Source: Guillardia theta CCMP2712 (lineage: Eukaryota > Protista > Cryptophyta). Taken from it: 64,000 bases of DNA. The stretch lies in the NCBI RefSeq assembly GCF_000315625.1, contig NW_005434631.1, positions 503,891 to 567,890 on the forward strand, written 5' to 3'. Both the position numbers and the translations under genes were made by a program. Below, in pieces: positions 34,783 to 48,578 of the stretch; within the stretch, counting starts at the first letter, position 1, and every line of letters begins with the position of its first letter. The notes below the pieces were generated by a model, which was given only the letters and a program-made list of their open reading frames with translations, was not told where the DNA came from and searched no databases.

Positions 34783-35555
34783 ATGCCGTCGGATGGTAAA
34801 TGCAGGGTCGGCGACTGCAAGATGCCTTGTCAGTGCACTCCCAGCACGGCTGCTATGATCTATGGAAGTGTGATAGGAGGTAACGCTCCGTCGCTCATGT
34901 AGTCGGAACTCCTGGCGATGGCTGACTGGCCCCGTTTGATCAGGAGTTCTGCTGGTCGTTGTTATCTTTTGCTGCTGCTTTTACGCGCGACGCCGGTGAG
35001 GATCGTGACGAGTGTGTCTGTTAGAACGTCCCTGAGCTGTTAGTCATTCTTCAGGGCGAACAACAATGTTCCCCAAGCTATGATGGTCCAGTACCCGCCT
35101 CAACAGCAGGTCATCATGCAGAATGGCGTTCCCATTCCCATGGCAACGCCAGTCGAAGGAGTGAGCAATCGCATCGCTCGCTCAGCCTCTTTATGACTTG
35201 CTTGTCCAGTACCCCGGGAACCAGCGAGCGATGTATCCCCAGCAGCAAAACAACAACAGGAGAGCCTTGGGCATGGGACTTGCAGGAGGTCAGTGAAGCA
35301 AGCCTCGCTAGAACAAGTGTCAAGTAGCAGAAAATTTCATAAGATGGCGTTAGCAGTAGCAAGGCACAACAGTAGCATAGCAGCCTGAGCGTCAATCCCT
35401 TAGTAGTGCTGTGCTCAGGTAGCACTGCTCATCCACTCACCCTGTATGCTGCAGGTCTTCTTGGAGGTTGGGCACTTGGCTCAATGATGGATGGAGGTGC
35501 CGACTACGGGGGTGACTGCGGGGGTGACTTTGGTGGCGGCGATGGAGGATTTTGA
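34783..35555 (+). CDS. Small multi-exon Pro/Gln/Tyr- then Gly/Asp-rich protein
   Basis: Exons YPPQQQ and YPGNQRAMYPQQQ; terminal GLLGGWALGSMMDGGADYGGDCGGDFGGGDGGF*. Start uncertain. Confidence 0.45.
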
Positions 35556-36213
35556 AGCGGCGGAACTTGCCATCATGGCCGAACTGAGGACAGGCGGCTT
35601 ACCGTAGCCTGAGTCTAAGTTGGAAGACTAAGTTGAACCAGACTCCTGGTGACCGTACGACGGTCTCTCCGTGTGTTTTACTATCAGTATGATTCAGTGA
35701 ACTTCACTTATCCAAACTTGAAATTGCTGGCCGCGTGTCACTAGTACTCACTAGTCTGGAAACTCAGCACTGACTCGGAATGATTCAAGCAGGAGGCGGA
35801 ACTTCGGAAGTTTATTATCGCCGGCCTTTGACTAGCTGTCAAAGTTATTTTGGTCCGAGCGGCGACATGTTCAGACTGGCACGGAAGTGGCAGCACGAAG
35901 GGATGGAGGAGACGACAGTAAGTGAGGAGGATGAGCAGGAGGCAGAGACCTTGAACTGCGAGGAGGAGAGAACAATGGTCGTTGGGGTGCAGTTCCAACA
36001 GTAATGTCTCAAGCTCACTCCTTTCCTCTGCTAGGGCATCACAATGCTTATTGAACAAGCGCCCCTATGCGTCGATGAGCACCAAAACGATGCTCCCTGC
36101 ATGGACGACGGGAGCACCGACTGCTGTCAACCGCTGGAAGCCGTTCCGATTGAAGAAGGGCTTTCATGACACAAGGTTTCTTGTTCACGATAGATGAGAG
36201 CAATGTTGATGAT

Positions 36214-36214
<1 letters not shown>

Positions 36215-36276
<62 letters not shown>

Positions 36277-36294
36277 ATGCTGATGCTGATGCTG

Positions 36295-36327
<33 letters not shown>

Positions 36328-36337
36328 ATGCTGATGC

Positions 36338-36381
<44 letters not shown>
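36215..36381. repeat. Compound (CTG)n/(CTGATG)n/(ATG)n microsatellite
   Basis: Visible array. Confidence 0.9.
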
Positions 36382-38242
36382 CGAAGAGCGTTGTTGCTGG
36401 CATGGAGGTAATGACCCCAGCAGGAACAGATTCAACATGGATCGAAGGAACGACGTCAGAAGTAGAAAGTAATGCTGCAGACAAGCTGCTGAATCGGATA
36501 TTCTTGATGACAGCATGGCTGAGGATAATACAGAGATGGGAAGGGACAGAAGTCAAGACAGCCATCGGTCAGAGCTGCTCATAGTGGATTAGTGTAGCTC
36601 GACAACGTGCTTGTGTTTATGTGAGGGTTGTGAAACAAACTTACTAGCCGGTGAACGCTGAGAAGAGGTTTTGACTCGTTACACATCCGCCCTGAATGCT
36701 CGAACAACTCCATCGCTCGGACTATTGGAGGAGAAAGACATTGCGATATGGAGAGAGGAAGGAGGAAGTGCGGCAGAAGGGGGAGGGGAGGTCCAGAGGG
36801 GAAGTGTAGGAGAAGTAGAGGACATACATCACAACAAACGACCAGGAGGACAAGGAGAACAAGGGCCAGAAGTTTTCACTGCTTCTGAGCATGTTGTACA
36901 ATGTTGTATGATTCTTTTGTTTGAAGTGAAGCTCACGCCCTGAGTGTCTTTTTCAAGTCTTCTCTTCATCTTCGCTTCAGACGTGTGCACCTCCAAATAG
37001 CGATTTGGTTTTTGAGGACCTGTGAAAAATGGAATGAAGATTTCCCTGCCTACAAACCTGGTCCTCCTCCTCTTCGCACTCCCTCCATCCTTCCAAACAT
37101 TCTTACAATTCACGGAGGCGGCAGCGGCGGCGCTTTGCTAGACGACAAGAAACATCTCGTCTTAGACTGTGCTTTCTTGAGAGCATGAATGGATCTCCAA
37201 CGTGAGATGTGAGATGGTTTGAGAGAAGGTTTAATGCCTGACGATACACGTAGGAAAGAAACTGATTTGAGGATGATGATAGCAGCGGGAGGAAAACTCA
37301 CTGAAGAGAAAATTCAAACAGCGAATGGAAATCGTTCGAGACTGTAGAATGGATCAGCTTTACCGCCTCAACGATGGAAATAAAATTCACACGACATGGA
37401 AAATCAGAAAGAGATTGTGGGATCATGTTCAAGCGGAGCGGGAAGGGGAGGCAGGGAGCAGGAGCAGGGGCAGGGGCAGGAGCACGAGCACGAGCAAGAG
37501 CAGGAGCACAAAAAGTTGTAAAGAAGGGGGGGGGGATCGGATGCGACCACTGGATTCGGGCAAAGGCGGGTCAGTGGGAGGAGGCGGTGCGAAGGGCGAT
37601 AGAGAGGAGGGGAGGGGGGAGGAGCCCGGGGCAGGAGAGNNNNNNNNNNNNNNNNNNNNNNNNNNNNNNNNNNNNNNNNNNNNNNNNNNNNNNNNNNNNN
37701 NNNNNNNNNNNNNNNNNNNNNNNNNNNNNNNNNNNNNNNGGGGGGTGGAACAGGCAGGAAGAACAGGCAGGAAGCAGGATGCAGGAGGAGATAGAGAGAG
37801 GGCGAGGGAGAAGGGGAGAGAGAGGAAGAGCCAGAGTTTGATGTATGTGGAGGAGGGGGCGAGTTGGGCAAACCTTCTGATCGAGATGAAGGAAGATGCG
37901 AGCGGGTTAGAGGAAGTTGCGATGACTCCGACGGGGCAGGTAAGTTCGCACATGCTGATGCTGGGAGGGACAGGAACGAGCGGTGTATGGTACCCCTGCA
38001 TGGAGGAAGAGGGATGAGGCGGGGGGTGGGGTTGGGAAGGGGAAGGAGCAGGAGCAGAAGCAGGAGAGGGAGAGAGGAAGGGGGAGGGGCAGGAGAGGGA
38101 GGAGGGGGGATTCACGACGGTCCTAGTGTATCTCCTTGCTCTCAGCCTATTTGTCACTATCTCTGTCTCTCCGTTTCCATCCCCGTCATCTCTTCCCTCT
38201 AGCTTGCCGTCGTCCTGCTTGCCTTCGCCCTGCTCCATAGTC

Positions 38243-40459
38243 ATGCTGGAGCTTCCACGACCGCAACGTGCGCTGTCAAGGGATCGTCAGGTTCCGAGCT
38301 CGGAGATGAGAGGTTCAGGCCAGTGAAGGAGGAGGTTGCCTTGACATGCGGTGGCAGCAGCAGCAGCTCCCCTCTTCTCAACCTGACCAAGTCAGCGATC
38401 AAACGCGCCATGCGGCTCGAGGTTGGAGGAGGAGGAAGTTTGGAGATGGGGAGGTAGTGGTGGGGGAAGGGGCAGAGATCAGGGAGAGAGAAGAGTGAAG
38501 GGGTGCAACAAGGGAGGAGGGAAGAAAGTAGGAGGCAGAGGAGGAGGAAGGAGGGTGAACAGGATCGGGGAGGGTGCATGGGGATGCGATGGAAAACGGA
38601 ATGAGGGTGACGGTTGCCTTCAGCGCAGAAAGGAATCTCTCCTTGCGCGACGAGCTAGGGAGAAGGACAAGAGGGCGAAGGAGAAAGAAAGGAGGCAGCG
38701 AGAGTTCGAGGCGCTGAGTGATGCTGACAAGGAAGAGTTCCTCAGGCGGAAGGAGGTTGGGCGACATGTTCTGATCTGCAACTTTATGATGATTGTTATT
38801 GTATGATTGTTGTTGTATGGTGATGATGGTTGTTGTATGATTGTTCTCTGAGCAAACACATTTGCACGAGTCGAAGGAATCCGCATGAGTGTTCACGGTT
38901 GCCTCGTGGGATGAGGCGATCTTGTCTTGTCGTGCTGTCTTGTGTATGAGGATGTCGTGTTCGACCTGGCGTTGTTCAAGGAAGCAAGATGCTCAAGGAT
39001 GTCCAGGAGAGCAGGCAACTCTATAGAGAAGCTCGAGAAAAGTTCTTAGCCGATCGGGATCTCGCGATCGCTGCAAGGTACGCGATGGCACCATGTGAAA
39101 GACAGTATTACAGTGTATGAAGGATCCCATGCCATGAACGTTTTCATTCATATTATGTCATGACCTCATATGAATGATTGGTGACTTTGTACTTTGTGAT
39201 GAGATGAGGGCAGGGGCCACCCTCTTCAACGAGTTGTCATCGACTTGGCATATGAGCATCTAATGAACGAGCAACAGGTAAAATTCAGCTCCTCCTCGTC
39301 CTCGTCTTCGTCCTCGTCCTCCTGGTCCTCGTCTTGGTCCTCCTCCTCCTGGTCCTCCTCCTGGTCCTCTCTGCAAGACTCTAATCACTTTCGTCCCACT
39401 TCTCGTCTTCATCATTCTCCCATGTTCGCGCTCCTACCCCAAACTACCATACTTCTGTCTCTCCGATAAACTTGGTGATTTCTTTTGCAAGTGCAAAAGT
39501 TTGGCGATCCAGGTTGCTGTTTGCTCAACATCTGCTGCTGAGGGGATGATGGAGCATGCAGCTGGGATATGGCTACAGCATGAACAAGAAGGCGATAATC
39601 CCACTGGTTGAACATCACTAACACTTGTTGAGAGACAACATCTTAAGGCCTGACAGCAAGTTGCACAGGACATTTCAATCTGCGGCTTGGATTTCAATCA
39701 CTCGATAACTGTGATGCGACACCGATGACATGCGAGCAGCGTCTAAGACTGATGACGCGCATGACAGGGGAGGGCCCTGACCGAACTCACCGCTCACAAC
39801 TGGGATCAAGGCAGGTTTGCTCGACCCTCTTGCTTGCCTGCTCTCTGCCGAAATATCTTACACGCCTTACACGCCTGGCAGGGGCGGCGTCACTTTCATA
39901 TCCTCCGACGTCTTGAACGCCTTTCCGAGGTTTGTTACACTTGACCGTCTTGGTCAAGTTGCCTGTCAGCTCCGACGAGACTCTGAGCTGTCTCAGGGAA
40001 GACATCATCTACCTCACTGCCGACAGCGACAACTGCATCCACGAATTGGATCCCTCCAAGGTAGCGCAGTGAGAGGGCCCGGCCTTGCTCTTGTAACGAT
40101 GAGTCAGGTGTACGTTATCGGAGGGCTGGTGGATAGGAACAAGCAGAAGGGCGCCAGCCTCTCGAGGGCAGCTCAGTCCAACGTTCGACACGCCAGGTGG
40201 CATGCATGATAGAAGACATGAGGGAGGTTGAATGTGGTATGATGCCAAGGCTGCCGATATCGGAGCACCTCAAGTTGTCATCCTGTGAGGCTATAACGGT
40301 GGATCAGACAGTGCGCTTGCTCGCTCTTGTAAGCTCAGGTCCGCAGTCGGATGAGGAGACACAGAGTAGGTTTTGATAGGAGTGGCAGGGGAAACATGGA
40401 GCTCCGCTCTTGCTGCGAGCATACCGAGGAGGAAAGTAGCAAGCTACGACAACAGTTAA
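38243..40459 (+). CDS. TRM10: tRNA (guanine/adenine-N1, position 9) methyltransferase TRM10 family, multi-exon
   Basis: Basic N-terminus, RVVIDLAYEHLMNEQ, IIYLTADSDNCIHELDPSK|VYVIGGLVDRNKQKGASL, HAR|LPISEHL, ITVDQTV, IPRRK. Confidence 0.9.
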
Positions 40460-40608
40460 CCTCTCCTGACCCTTGAAACGCTCAAGACAAACGTCTGCAA
40501 GAACTCGTCGGGGAAGACAACGTTTTGTAATGAATAATCAACAAGAAAACAAATGAAACCAAGTGATCCAAACTAATCTACAAACCAAGAAAAGTTGCGA
40601 GCTCCATA

Positions 40609-41181
40609 TCAGCACGTCTCACTGCAAGCAGGCAGCCCTTCCTTCTCAGGCGGCGACTTGCACGATGGCGGCTCTTCGTTGTCATGGATCATACCAGACA
40701 CCGAGAGCTCTTCCTCAACCTCGTCGTCGCCACAGTCGCTGCTGGCAAGCTCAGGGTGCTGCTGCTCTACCTCGTGAAGCTGCTCGTCGAGCTTGGGAAA
40801 TAACTCCATGATCCCGAGGTTGGTGCAGGTGCGCTCTACGTAGGAGCGAGCGAGGTTCCCCTCGTGATTGACCACGTCCTCGAGGATGTCCGCGATCGTG
40901 ATGCACTTGAGATCCTCCGAGAACGAGCTCTCCTTCTTCAGCATCGGCTTTCTGCCTCCCTTGGCTGGAGTGGCAGCATTCGAGCTGCCGTCTTCCGCAT
41001 TTGTGCTAGCCGCCGACTTCTTCTTCTTGTTCTTCTCACACTTCTTGATCGCTAGCGATCTGACGGCATGGAAACGGAAGTCCTCAGCGTCATACTCGAA
41101 CTTCCTGTCTCTTCGCTTTCCCGACTGCTCGTTGCAAGAGGGGTTGGTCGACGAAATCTCACCTAGAAGAGATGGTTGCAT
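40609..41181 (-). CDS. Hypothetical 190-aa protein, single exon
   Basis: ATG-initiated ORF with host-like codon usage, basic NLS-like tract and acidic tail. Confidence 0.5.
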   Translation of the reverse strand: MQPSLLGEISSTNPSCNEQSGKRRDRKFEYDAEDFRFHAVRSLAIKKCEKNKKKKSAASTNAEDGSSNAATPAKGGRKPMLKKESSFSEDLKCITIADILEDVVNHEGNLARSYVERTCTNLGIMELFPKLDEQLHEVEQQHPELASSDCGDDEVEEELSVSGMIHDNEEPPSCKSPPEKEGLPACSETC

Positions 41182-42513
41182 GGTGGATGCAGTGGCTGGT
41201 GGAGATGAGGCTGGTGGGGCTGGTGTAGCAGTGCAGGAGAGTGGGAGGAGCTGTGAAGTAGGAGGGGTAAGGCTTGAGAGGATGTTGGCAGTGCAGGAAG
41301 GGGGCGTTTGAAGCAGGGGGACAGCAGCAGAGGACTAAAAGAGGAGCAGATAGGCGGTATGAGTAGTGCAGGGGGTGGGGTGGGCTACCAAAGGTTGGTC
41401 CTTTGCTCCATATAGGTGGGTCCTACCTACCCCTATGTATGTGAGAATGTTTGTGATTCGAGAACGGGTTGTGGGCTTAAAATATCCAGCAGGGAGTAGC
41501 AGGGGTGGTTGCTAGTCAGATCGGACTGTGTGATTACCATGGGGGTGGGGGTGATCTTATCATGGCTTGGCCACGGTATAAACCAGGAATCACATACCCC
41601 TTATATATAATTATGACAAAACACGGATATAACCTCCCCCGTTGCGCAGATTTATGACATAAATTATAAGAATTATCTATAAGGGCATAACCGTGCGATG
41701 ATGACACGCTCTCAAGGGCTCACCCATTGTGTCAGCACAGCCCAAGGGCACGGAAAGATTTAAGAACTGGGTGGGTGGGGGTGGTAGATATTTCTGAAAG
41801 TAGGGGTTAAATTATAGTCAAAAGTAGGGGTCACTCTATAGCCAGGTAACTTTTGGACTACCGCCTGAACGGTTTCAGGACAATGGGGGGTAGGAGAAAA
41901 AAATACTACCGCAGCGACACCTTGACACAAATTTTCAGCCAATACTTGTGACTATAAAATTCATATCGATTTCTACTTTTAGTGGTACCGCCATTGAATG
42001 ATGAGTAAAGATTTGGGTACTGAGTTCAGAGTTGACTTGACTGTCACGGGGGCCACCGAGGCTGCTGACCCCCTGGCCACGGACGTCCGAGCCCGATCCC
42101 CCACTTTTCATCCTCTTTACTCAAAGTTTTCCCCGGGCCCCCGCCGGCGGCCCGGCCCGGTGCCGGCGGGCCGGTGCCGCCGGTGCCACCAGTCACTGCC
42201 AGAGTGGGTGAATTAGCAAAAAGGATTCAGCTTAAGGAGTTTCGATTGCGACCGAAATGGGCCGCGTCATCAGGGAGGTAAGGGGTCGGGAAGAGGCCGC
42301 GATGGCGGGGCAGGAGAGGGGGACATGGGCGAGAAGGAGATGCGGGAGGAAGACAAGAAGGAGAGGTGGCGCCGGGAGGAGGGGACAGGAGAGGGATGAG
42401 GATCGTGCAGACATTGCATGATGTTCTTTTGACGCGATGATATTGAAGGTGCAAGAGGACGGCCAACGCCGGGAGTTGTGGTGATTGAGACTTGAAGCTG
42501 ACTCGCTCGTGCC

Positions 42514-43470
42514 ATGGCGACCGTACAGGTGAGGAAGGCGTTGAGAGATGAGGAGGGGCGGTATGACGCGGTCCTCCGTTCGTCTCAAGGTGCTCAACGT
42601 GTCGCCTGCTGTGGACGAGGCCGTTCTTCGAAACTTCTTCTCCTTCTGTGGCGGCATCAAGAGCATCGAGTTCAACTCACAGGACCTTGGTCCTGGGGAG
42701 CTTGCGTCAGCTGCCAAGGCAGCGGGAGCTCCGTCGCCTGCGAGTGATGCTGAGGCAGCCCTGGTCACTTTCGACAGCGAGGACGCGGCAGCGACTGCTC
42801 AGCTCTTGTCCAACTCTCTGCTGGACGATCGCCCCGTCCTCGTCATCCCTGCCGGTTCAGCCAAGGGGCAAGAGGAGGGCGACATAGGTTCTTCTCGTGG
42901 GGGGGATGGAGCGTCGGATGCGGATCCTATGAGTCAGGCAAATCCCAAGGGACGAGGGTTGATGCAGGTGCTCCGTGAACGCGCCAAGACGGCGCAGGAC
43001 CAGGTGCAGAACCTCCAGAGCTCGGGCTCGATCCAGTCAAAGGTGTCGGAGGCCAGGCAGAGTGCCAAGGACACGGCGAGCAAGCTCATGTCGGGGGAAA
43101 CGTTGCGGGCAGGCTATGGAATGCTGATGAGCGGCCTGACGTCGATCAAGGAGGCGGTGAGGCCTGCGTTGAGCTCCTGCTGCCTCCCCTCGGCCCATGA
43201 CGTGTGTGCTGGCAGGTGAAGAAGGCAGAGGAGGCGAACCGAAGGTTCAACGAGAGGCTCTTGAAGGAGGCACATGCGGAGAGGGAGGGGAGGAGACTGG
43301 GGCAGGGTTCGTCCCCTGAAGCTGGCACTGACCAGGTTGCTGAGCCTGCTGCTGGTGAGCAACGTGTGCCAGCAGACGCGGAGGAGAGTGCACAGCAGGG
43401 ATCAGTGCTTGCTCGTGTGCATAGCGAAGCTGTTCAAGATTTACCTCGTGCGGTGGACAAGTCGAGCTGA
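42514..43470 (+). CDS. RRM-domain protein, 3 exons
   Basis: MATVQ|VLNVSPAVDEAVLRNFFSFCGGIKSIEF...ALVTFDSEDAAATAQLLSNSLLDDRPVLV. Confidence 0.8.
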
Positions 43471-43508
43471 AGTGTGGGAGCATCGAATCGTCTGCTGTGG
43501 AAGTAGAG

Positions 43509-43555
<47 letters not shown>

Positions 43556-43658
43556 GGACGACGAGGACGAGGACGACGAGGACGAGGAGGACACACGAAG
43601 TGGCTCATCCTCAATAAAGACATTGCAATAGAACATGGTCTCAGGGTCAAGGTAGCTC

Positions 43659-44990
43659 CTATTCGCTCTTGGCAGACAGAGAGTTGACCTGCCAGCCCAA
43701 CGTCAGTCAGTTTGTACTCCCCACCTCCCTTCACCGTATCCATGTGCCCTTGAAGCGCTGCGACGCACTGGAGCAAGGGACTTCAGCGCTTTCCTCAACC
43801 ATCCTCCTCCCCTCCTACCTGCCCTGAGGTGACATCCCACAAGCGTATGCTCTTATCCTTGGAGCCGCTAGGGTAAGGTCAGACATGCGGGTCTTCAACA
43901 GTACTACGCCCGATCGTCTTCATCCTACCTAGCGATCAAGTTGGTCCCTGCCACGGCTTCCACCGCCAGGACGTCGTCCGTGTGCCCCTGCCACGGCAGA
44001 AGCGTGAGGAGGAGGAAAGGGGAGAGGAGCGAGGCAGCGAGCACCGTGAAAGTGAAGATCTCAGCTCGAGTTTCGATGTCCCATATCTTGATATTATCGT
44101 TCCTCTCCTTCTGGAAGAGGGAGGAGCCGCAGGCCGTCATGATCCTTGCCCCGTCCCCAGAGAACCGCACACAGTGTACTGGGCCCTCGTGCTGGAAGGA
44201 GGGCAGCACCTTGCCCCCCATGAACTCCCAGATCTTGACGATCTTGTCGTCGCTGGCTGTGGCCAGTAGGCCCTCCCGAGGAGAGAACGCGAGCGAGTTG
44301 ACGCTTGCGAGGTGCCCCATGAAGGTGTAGACCAGCTTGCCGCTTTCCAGGTCCCAGAGCTTCAAGCTCTGATCCCAACTCCCACTGGCACGTCAAGTCA
44401 GACCCCCTGCTCAGCTACTCAGGGCAGGGCAGACCTGGCGATCATGCTCCCGTTGTTGGAGAAGGCAACTGTCCTCACTGTCCCCCTATGGCCCTGCACG
44501 GTGCAGGAGGGCTCCCTGCGGAAGCTGTCGCACCACCAGTTGAAGTTCACGTCCTCCTGCCTGCTGCACTTGCAATCGTTCCTCCCGTCATGCCCTTGGA
44601 ACGACCTGACCACCTTCATTGTCTCCCTCCCCCACACGTTCACCATGCCGTCGTCCCCGCCGCTTGCCAGCTGCTTCCCGTCGCCGCTCCATGCTACCTC
44701 GTTCACACAGTCCGTGTGCTGCCTGAAGATCGCGGCTGAGCTCCCGGTCTTGAGGACCTTCCATGTCTTGGGGTCCCACAGCCTCGCCGTGCCGTCGTAG
44801 GAGCAGGAGGCGACAGCGTCTCCTTGCGGCGACCAGCGAACGCAGGTGACGATGGCATCGTGGTCGTTGAGAGGGCGCAGGAGCTGGGTCCTCGTCCTCA
44901 GCTCCCACACCCTGATGCTGCAGTCCCTCCCTCCGGAGACGAGCATGGCGAGCTCTCAGCACATGAACCCCGACGAGGCGATCTGCAACG
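43659..44990 (-). CDS. WD40-repeat protein (5' end not resolved, lies near or across the N-gap)
   Basis: LVSGGRDCSIRVWE, VASCSYDGTARLWD, HTDCVNEVAWS..LASGGDDGMVNVW, GHLASVNSLAFS..LATASDDKIVKIWE, SGSKDKSIRLWD. Confidence 0.88.
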
Positions 44991-45066
44991 AGCAGCAACA
45001 AGCATCAGCACTATCGCAGATCACCTCAGCTCCGGTCGCATGCAAGACGGGCAGACCTGCTTGTGT

Positions 45067-45097
<31 letters not shown>

Positions 45098-45653
45098 CCA
45101 TCCCATTCCACTCCACCTCCTCTAGAGCTCCCCTGTTCTGTCCTCCCTTGTTCTGTCCCAATCTTACCTCTCAATTTTCTCCCCCCACCCAACTCTCTCC
45201 TCTCTCCTCTCTCCTCTCTCCTCTCTCCTCCTCTCCTCTCTCCTCTCCTTCCTCCTTCCTCTCCTCTCCTCCTCCCCCCCTCCCTCCCTCCTCCCTNNNN
45301 NNNNNNNNNNNNNNNNNNNNNNNNNNNNNNNNNNNNNNNNNNNNNNNNNNNNNNNNNNNNNNNNNNNNNNNNNNNNNNNNNNNNNNNNNNNNNNNNCCAA
45401 ATCGGGGGACAAGCGCAGGTGCAAGCGACAGTCGCAATGCCGGCAGACAAACGAATCCAAGGTACACAAGTGCGAGGAGGGAGGGAGGGAGGGAGGGAGG
45501 GAGGGAGGGAGGGAGGGAGGGAGGGAGGGAAGGACAGAGCAGAAGATGAGAGCATGTTGGAGGAGGGGATGGAGCAGAACGAGGGATCCCATGAGCTTGC
45601 GAAATATCTTCTGACTTGGCGTACTGTACAGCAAGGACATCAGCAGCATCTCG

Positions 45654-46289
45654 ATGAGGATCGGACACCACCCGCTGCCTCTTATCCTCCTCCTCCTCCT
45701 CCTCCTCCTCCTCTGTGTGCTCGACTACCAACTCGTTGTGGAAGCTGCGAGGGGAGAGGAGGAGGCGGCCATGTGCTCTCAGGATCTGCTCCGAGACCAG
45801 GAGCAGGAGATCGGTCGACTGAGGAGCGAAATCTCCGAGCTCAAACGCCTGCTCGAGGCCTGCAGAGGTCTAGCAGGACAGGGAGGGAGGGAGGCAGGGA
45901 TTGGGAGGGCGAGCAGTGCAGGCGGCAGGAGGAGGAGATCAGGGAGCAGGCAGGAACGATCTCGATTCTTAGAGCCGCCATGCATGAGCTGCGCAAGGAG
46001 AAGCATCGGGATCCATCGAACTCGTCTCCTCCTCCTCCTCCTGACCAGGGACAGGATGCTCCAGACTCGGAAGCTGGCGGCCGTCAGGAGAGCAGGAGAG
46101 CGGGCAACCATGTGAGAGCGGTCAATGGGTGGGACGAGGACGAGGAGGGGCAGCTGGAGTGGGTGTATGGGATCCCGGAGGGGAAGAGAAAGGTTGTGAT
46201 CGAGCTGGGATCGAACGATGGGCAGTGGATCTATGGCTTCATGATGTGAGTGGAGGAGGAGGAGGAGGAGGAGGAGGAGGAGGAGGAGG

Positions 46290-46330
<41 letters not shown>

Positions 46331-48574
46331 ATGATGATGATGATGATTGCAACCATCATCATGGTCATGATATTCAACCATGATGATTGTTTGTCTTAGC
46401 CCGACCATCGTCCTCGTAGTGCTCGCTCGCTCCCTGATCTGTGTTCCTCCCCTCCTCCTCCGAGTGCCTTTCCTGCCTCGTTTCCTCTTCGTTTGCTCGC
46501 TGTTGTGCTCTTTCTCCGTACTCTCCTCCATCCCTCTCTTTCCCCTCTTCATCTTCCAGCTGATCTTCTGCTAGGAACCACCCGGAATTCTGGCCGATCA
46601 TCGTAGAGGCGCAACCTGTTTTCAAAGATTCCCTTCGAGAAATTGCTCGCGATGTAGGGCATACTGATTGTAGCTGCTGCTGAAGAAGAAGAGGGAGAAG
46701 GAGATGATGACGATAATTCGGAGGAGCAGGACAAGAAAGTTGATAACGAGGAGGAGGAGGAGGAGGAGGAGGAGGATTTCCACGACGATGGCTAAGATGG
46801 TGATGAAGATGACGATTGATATGGCAGAATCAGGGAGTTTACATCCAGAAAGCAGCTTGGATCACAGACGGACAGAAGATGAAGTTCTACGGGCACAGCG
46901 ACGCCGGGGGGATGGGCTCCTCACTGTTTCACGACTCTGTCTATCATGACGGCTGGTGTGTCGTGTAAGAGACGCTGGGACTCTTGACATGGACTACCTG
47001 CAAGGTGTGACGGGAAGATGAACTGCAGCGTGAAGCTCGGGGAGGAGTATGAAGTACAGACGTTGGATGTCGTCGAGTAAGCCGTGGAACTCTTTCGTGC
47101 TCCCCCCTCCACCTTCCAGCCTTGACCTCCCCTGCCCTCACTCTCCCGCCTCCCCTCTCCTCCCCTCCTCCCCCCTCTACACTTCTTCCAACTCCTCCCT
47201 TCTCCTCTCCCCTCTACATTCCTCTTCTTCCAACTCCTCCCTTCTCCTCCCCCCTCTACACTCCTCTTCTTCCAACTCCTCCCTTCTCATCCTCTCCGCA
47301 GGCTGGTCAAGTCAGTAGCGACTGAGAGCGACTTCGTCATCCTGCGCATGGATGTGGAGGGAGCCGAGTACGAGATCGTGAGGAAGATGATTGCCAGTCA
47401 AGTCTGTCACTTGACATGCGCACGCGATCTGATTAGGCCCACCAGGTCGCCTGCTGGATCGACTACTGGGAGCTAGAGGGTCATGCCATGTATGCCCCTC
47501 AGTAAGACCATGCAACTCCTCCTCCTCCTCCTCCTCCTCCTCTTGCCCTCATCATCATCATCATCATCATCACCACCACGACCTCCTCCTCCTCCTCCTC
47601 CTCCTCCTCCTCCTCCTCCCCTCCATCATCATCATATCATCATCTTCATCAGCATCCTCCTTCTCCTCTATCATTACCACTACTTCCTCCTCTCCCCCGC
47701 TGCCCATCTTCCTCCTCATCGCCTTTTCCTCTTCCTTCTCCCTCGTGTTCGGCTTCGCTGACCTTGGCTCTTTGCGCTCTCAGGAACTACAAGTTTCGCC
47801 CGGTCGACCTAGTTCTTCCTTGGCTGCTCAGAGCTTGCGGTGTCGAGATGAGAATTTTCCAGTACTACAAGGTGACAGCGAAAGTTCTCAATGTTGGAGT
47901 GGCCCCTCCTCCTCCTGAGGCTTGCTCCTTCTCCTCTTGCTCCTCCTCCTCTTGCTCCTCCTCCTGTTGCCCTCCTCCTGAATTTCCTGTTTCCCCATTA
48001 TTATTCCTCCTCAAACCCTCTACCCTCTCTCATCCTGAGCAACCGAGTCCCTGCACTACTGAACCACCTCACCCACCCGGCCTCCTCCTCAACATTGTCC
48101 TCCTCCTCCTCCTCCTCCTCAGCAGGCGGCTCCCTCCTGCTCAACAAGTTTCTCCGCAGGCTGACCCGAAGCTGCTGCAGCAACGGGAGGAGATGGAGAG
48201 GGAGCAGGTAACTGTGTCCTCTGAGCCTCCTCCAGTCACTGAGGGGAGAGCAAGGGGAACTGCTCTTGGCAGCTGCTCGGCTATGACGCTTGCTCGGAGA
48301 CTGGCTCTTGCCAGGGTATCGCAGAGACTTGAGGGTCATGAGAGGAGGTACCATAACGCCGGGCATGCTGCTGTTTCAGTGGCTGGGCAGCTTCGGATCC
48401 CATTCGGGGCCCGGGGCCCGCTCTCAGTACTCGGCCCGGAATCTTACTGCACTGAAAGACCCAAAAGACAGTAACACAAAACCTAGTACTTCCCTTACCA
48501 GCGAGATTGCTGTCCTGCCTAATCCGCTCTTCTGCACGGCATACTATGCATTTTCCGATGGTATTTACTATTAA
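45654..48574 (+). CDS. FkbM-family SAM-dependent methyltransferase with signal/anchor and coiled-coil N-terminus, multi-exon
   Basis: KVVIELGSNDG, IIVEAQP, QKAAW, GSSLF, VQTLDVVE, DFVILRMDVEGAEYEIV, ELEGH. Hydrophobic N-terminus; apparent frameshift near 45880-45900; 3' end uncertain. Confidence 0.7.
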
Positions 48575-48578
48575 GAGT

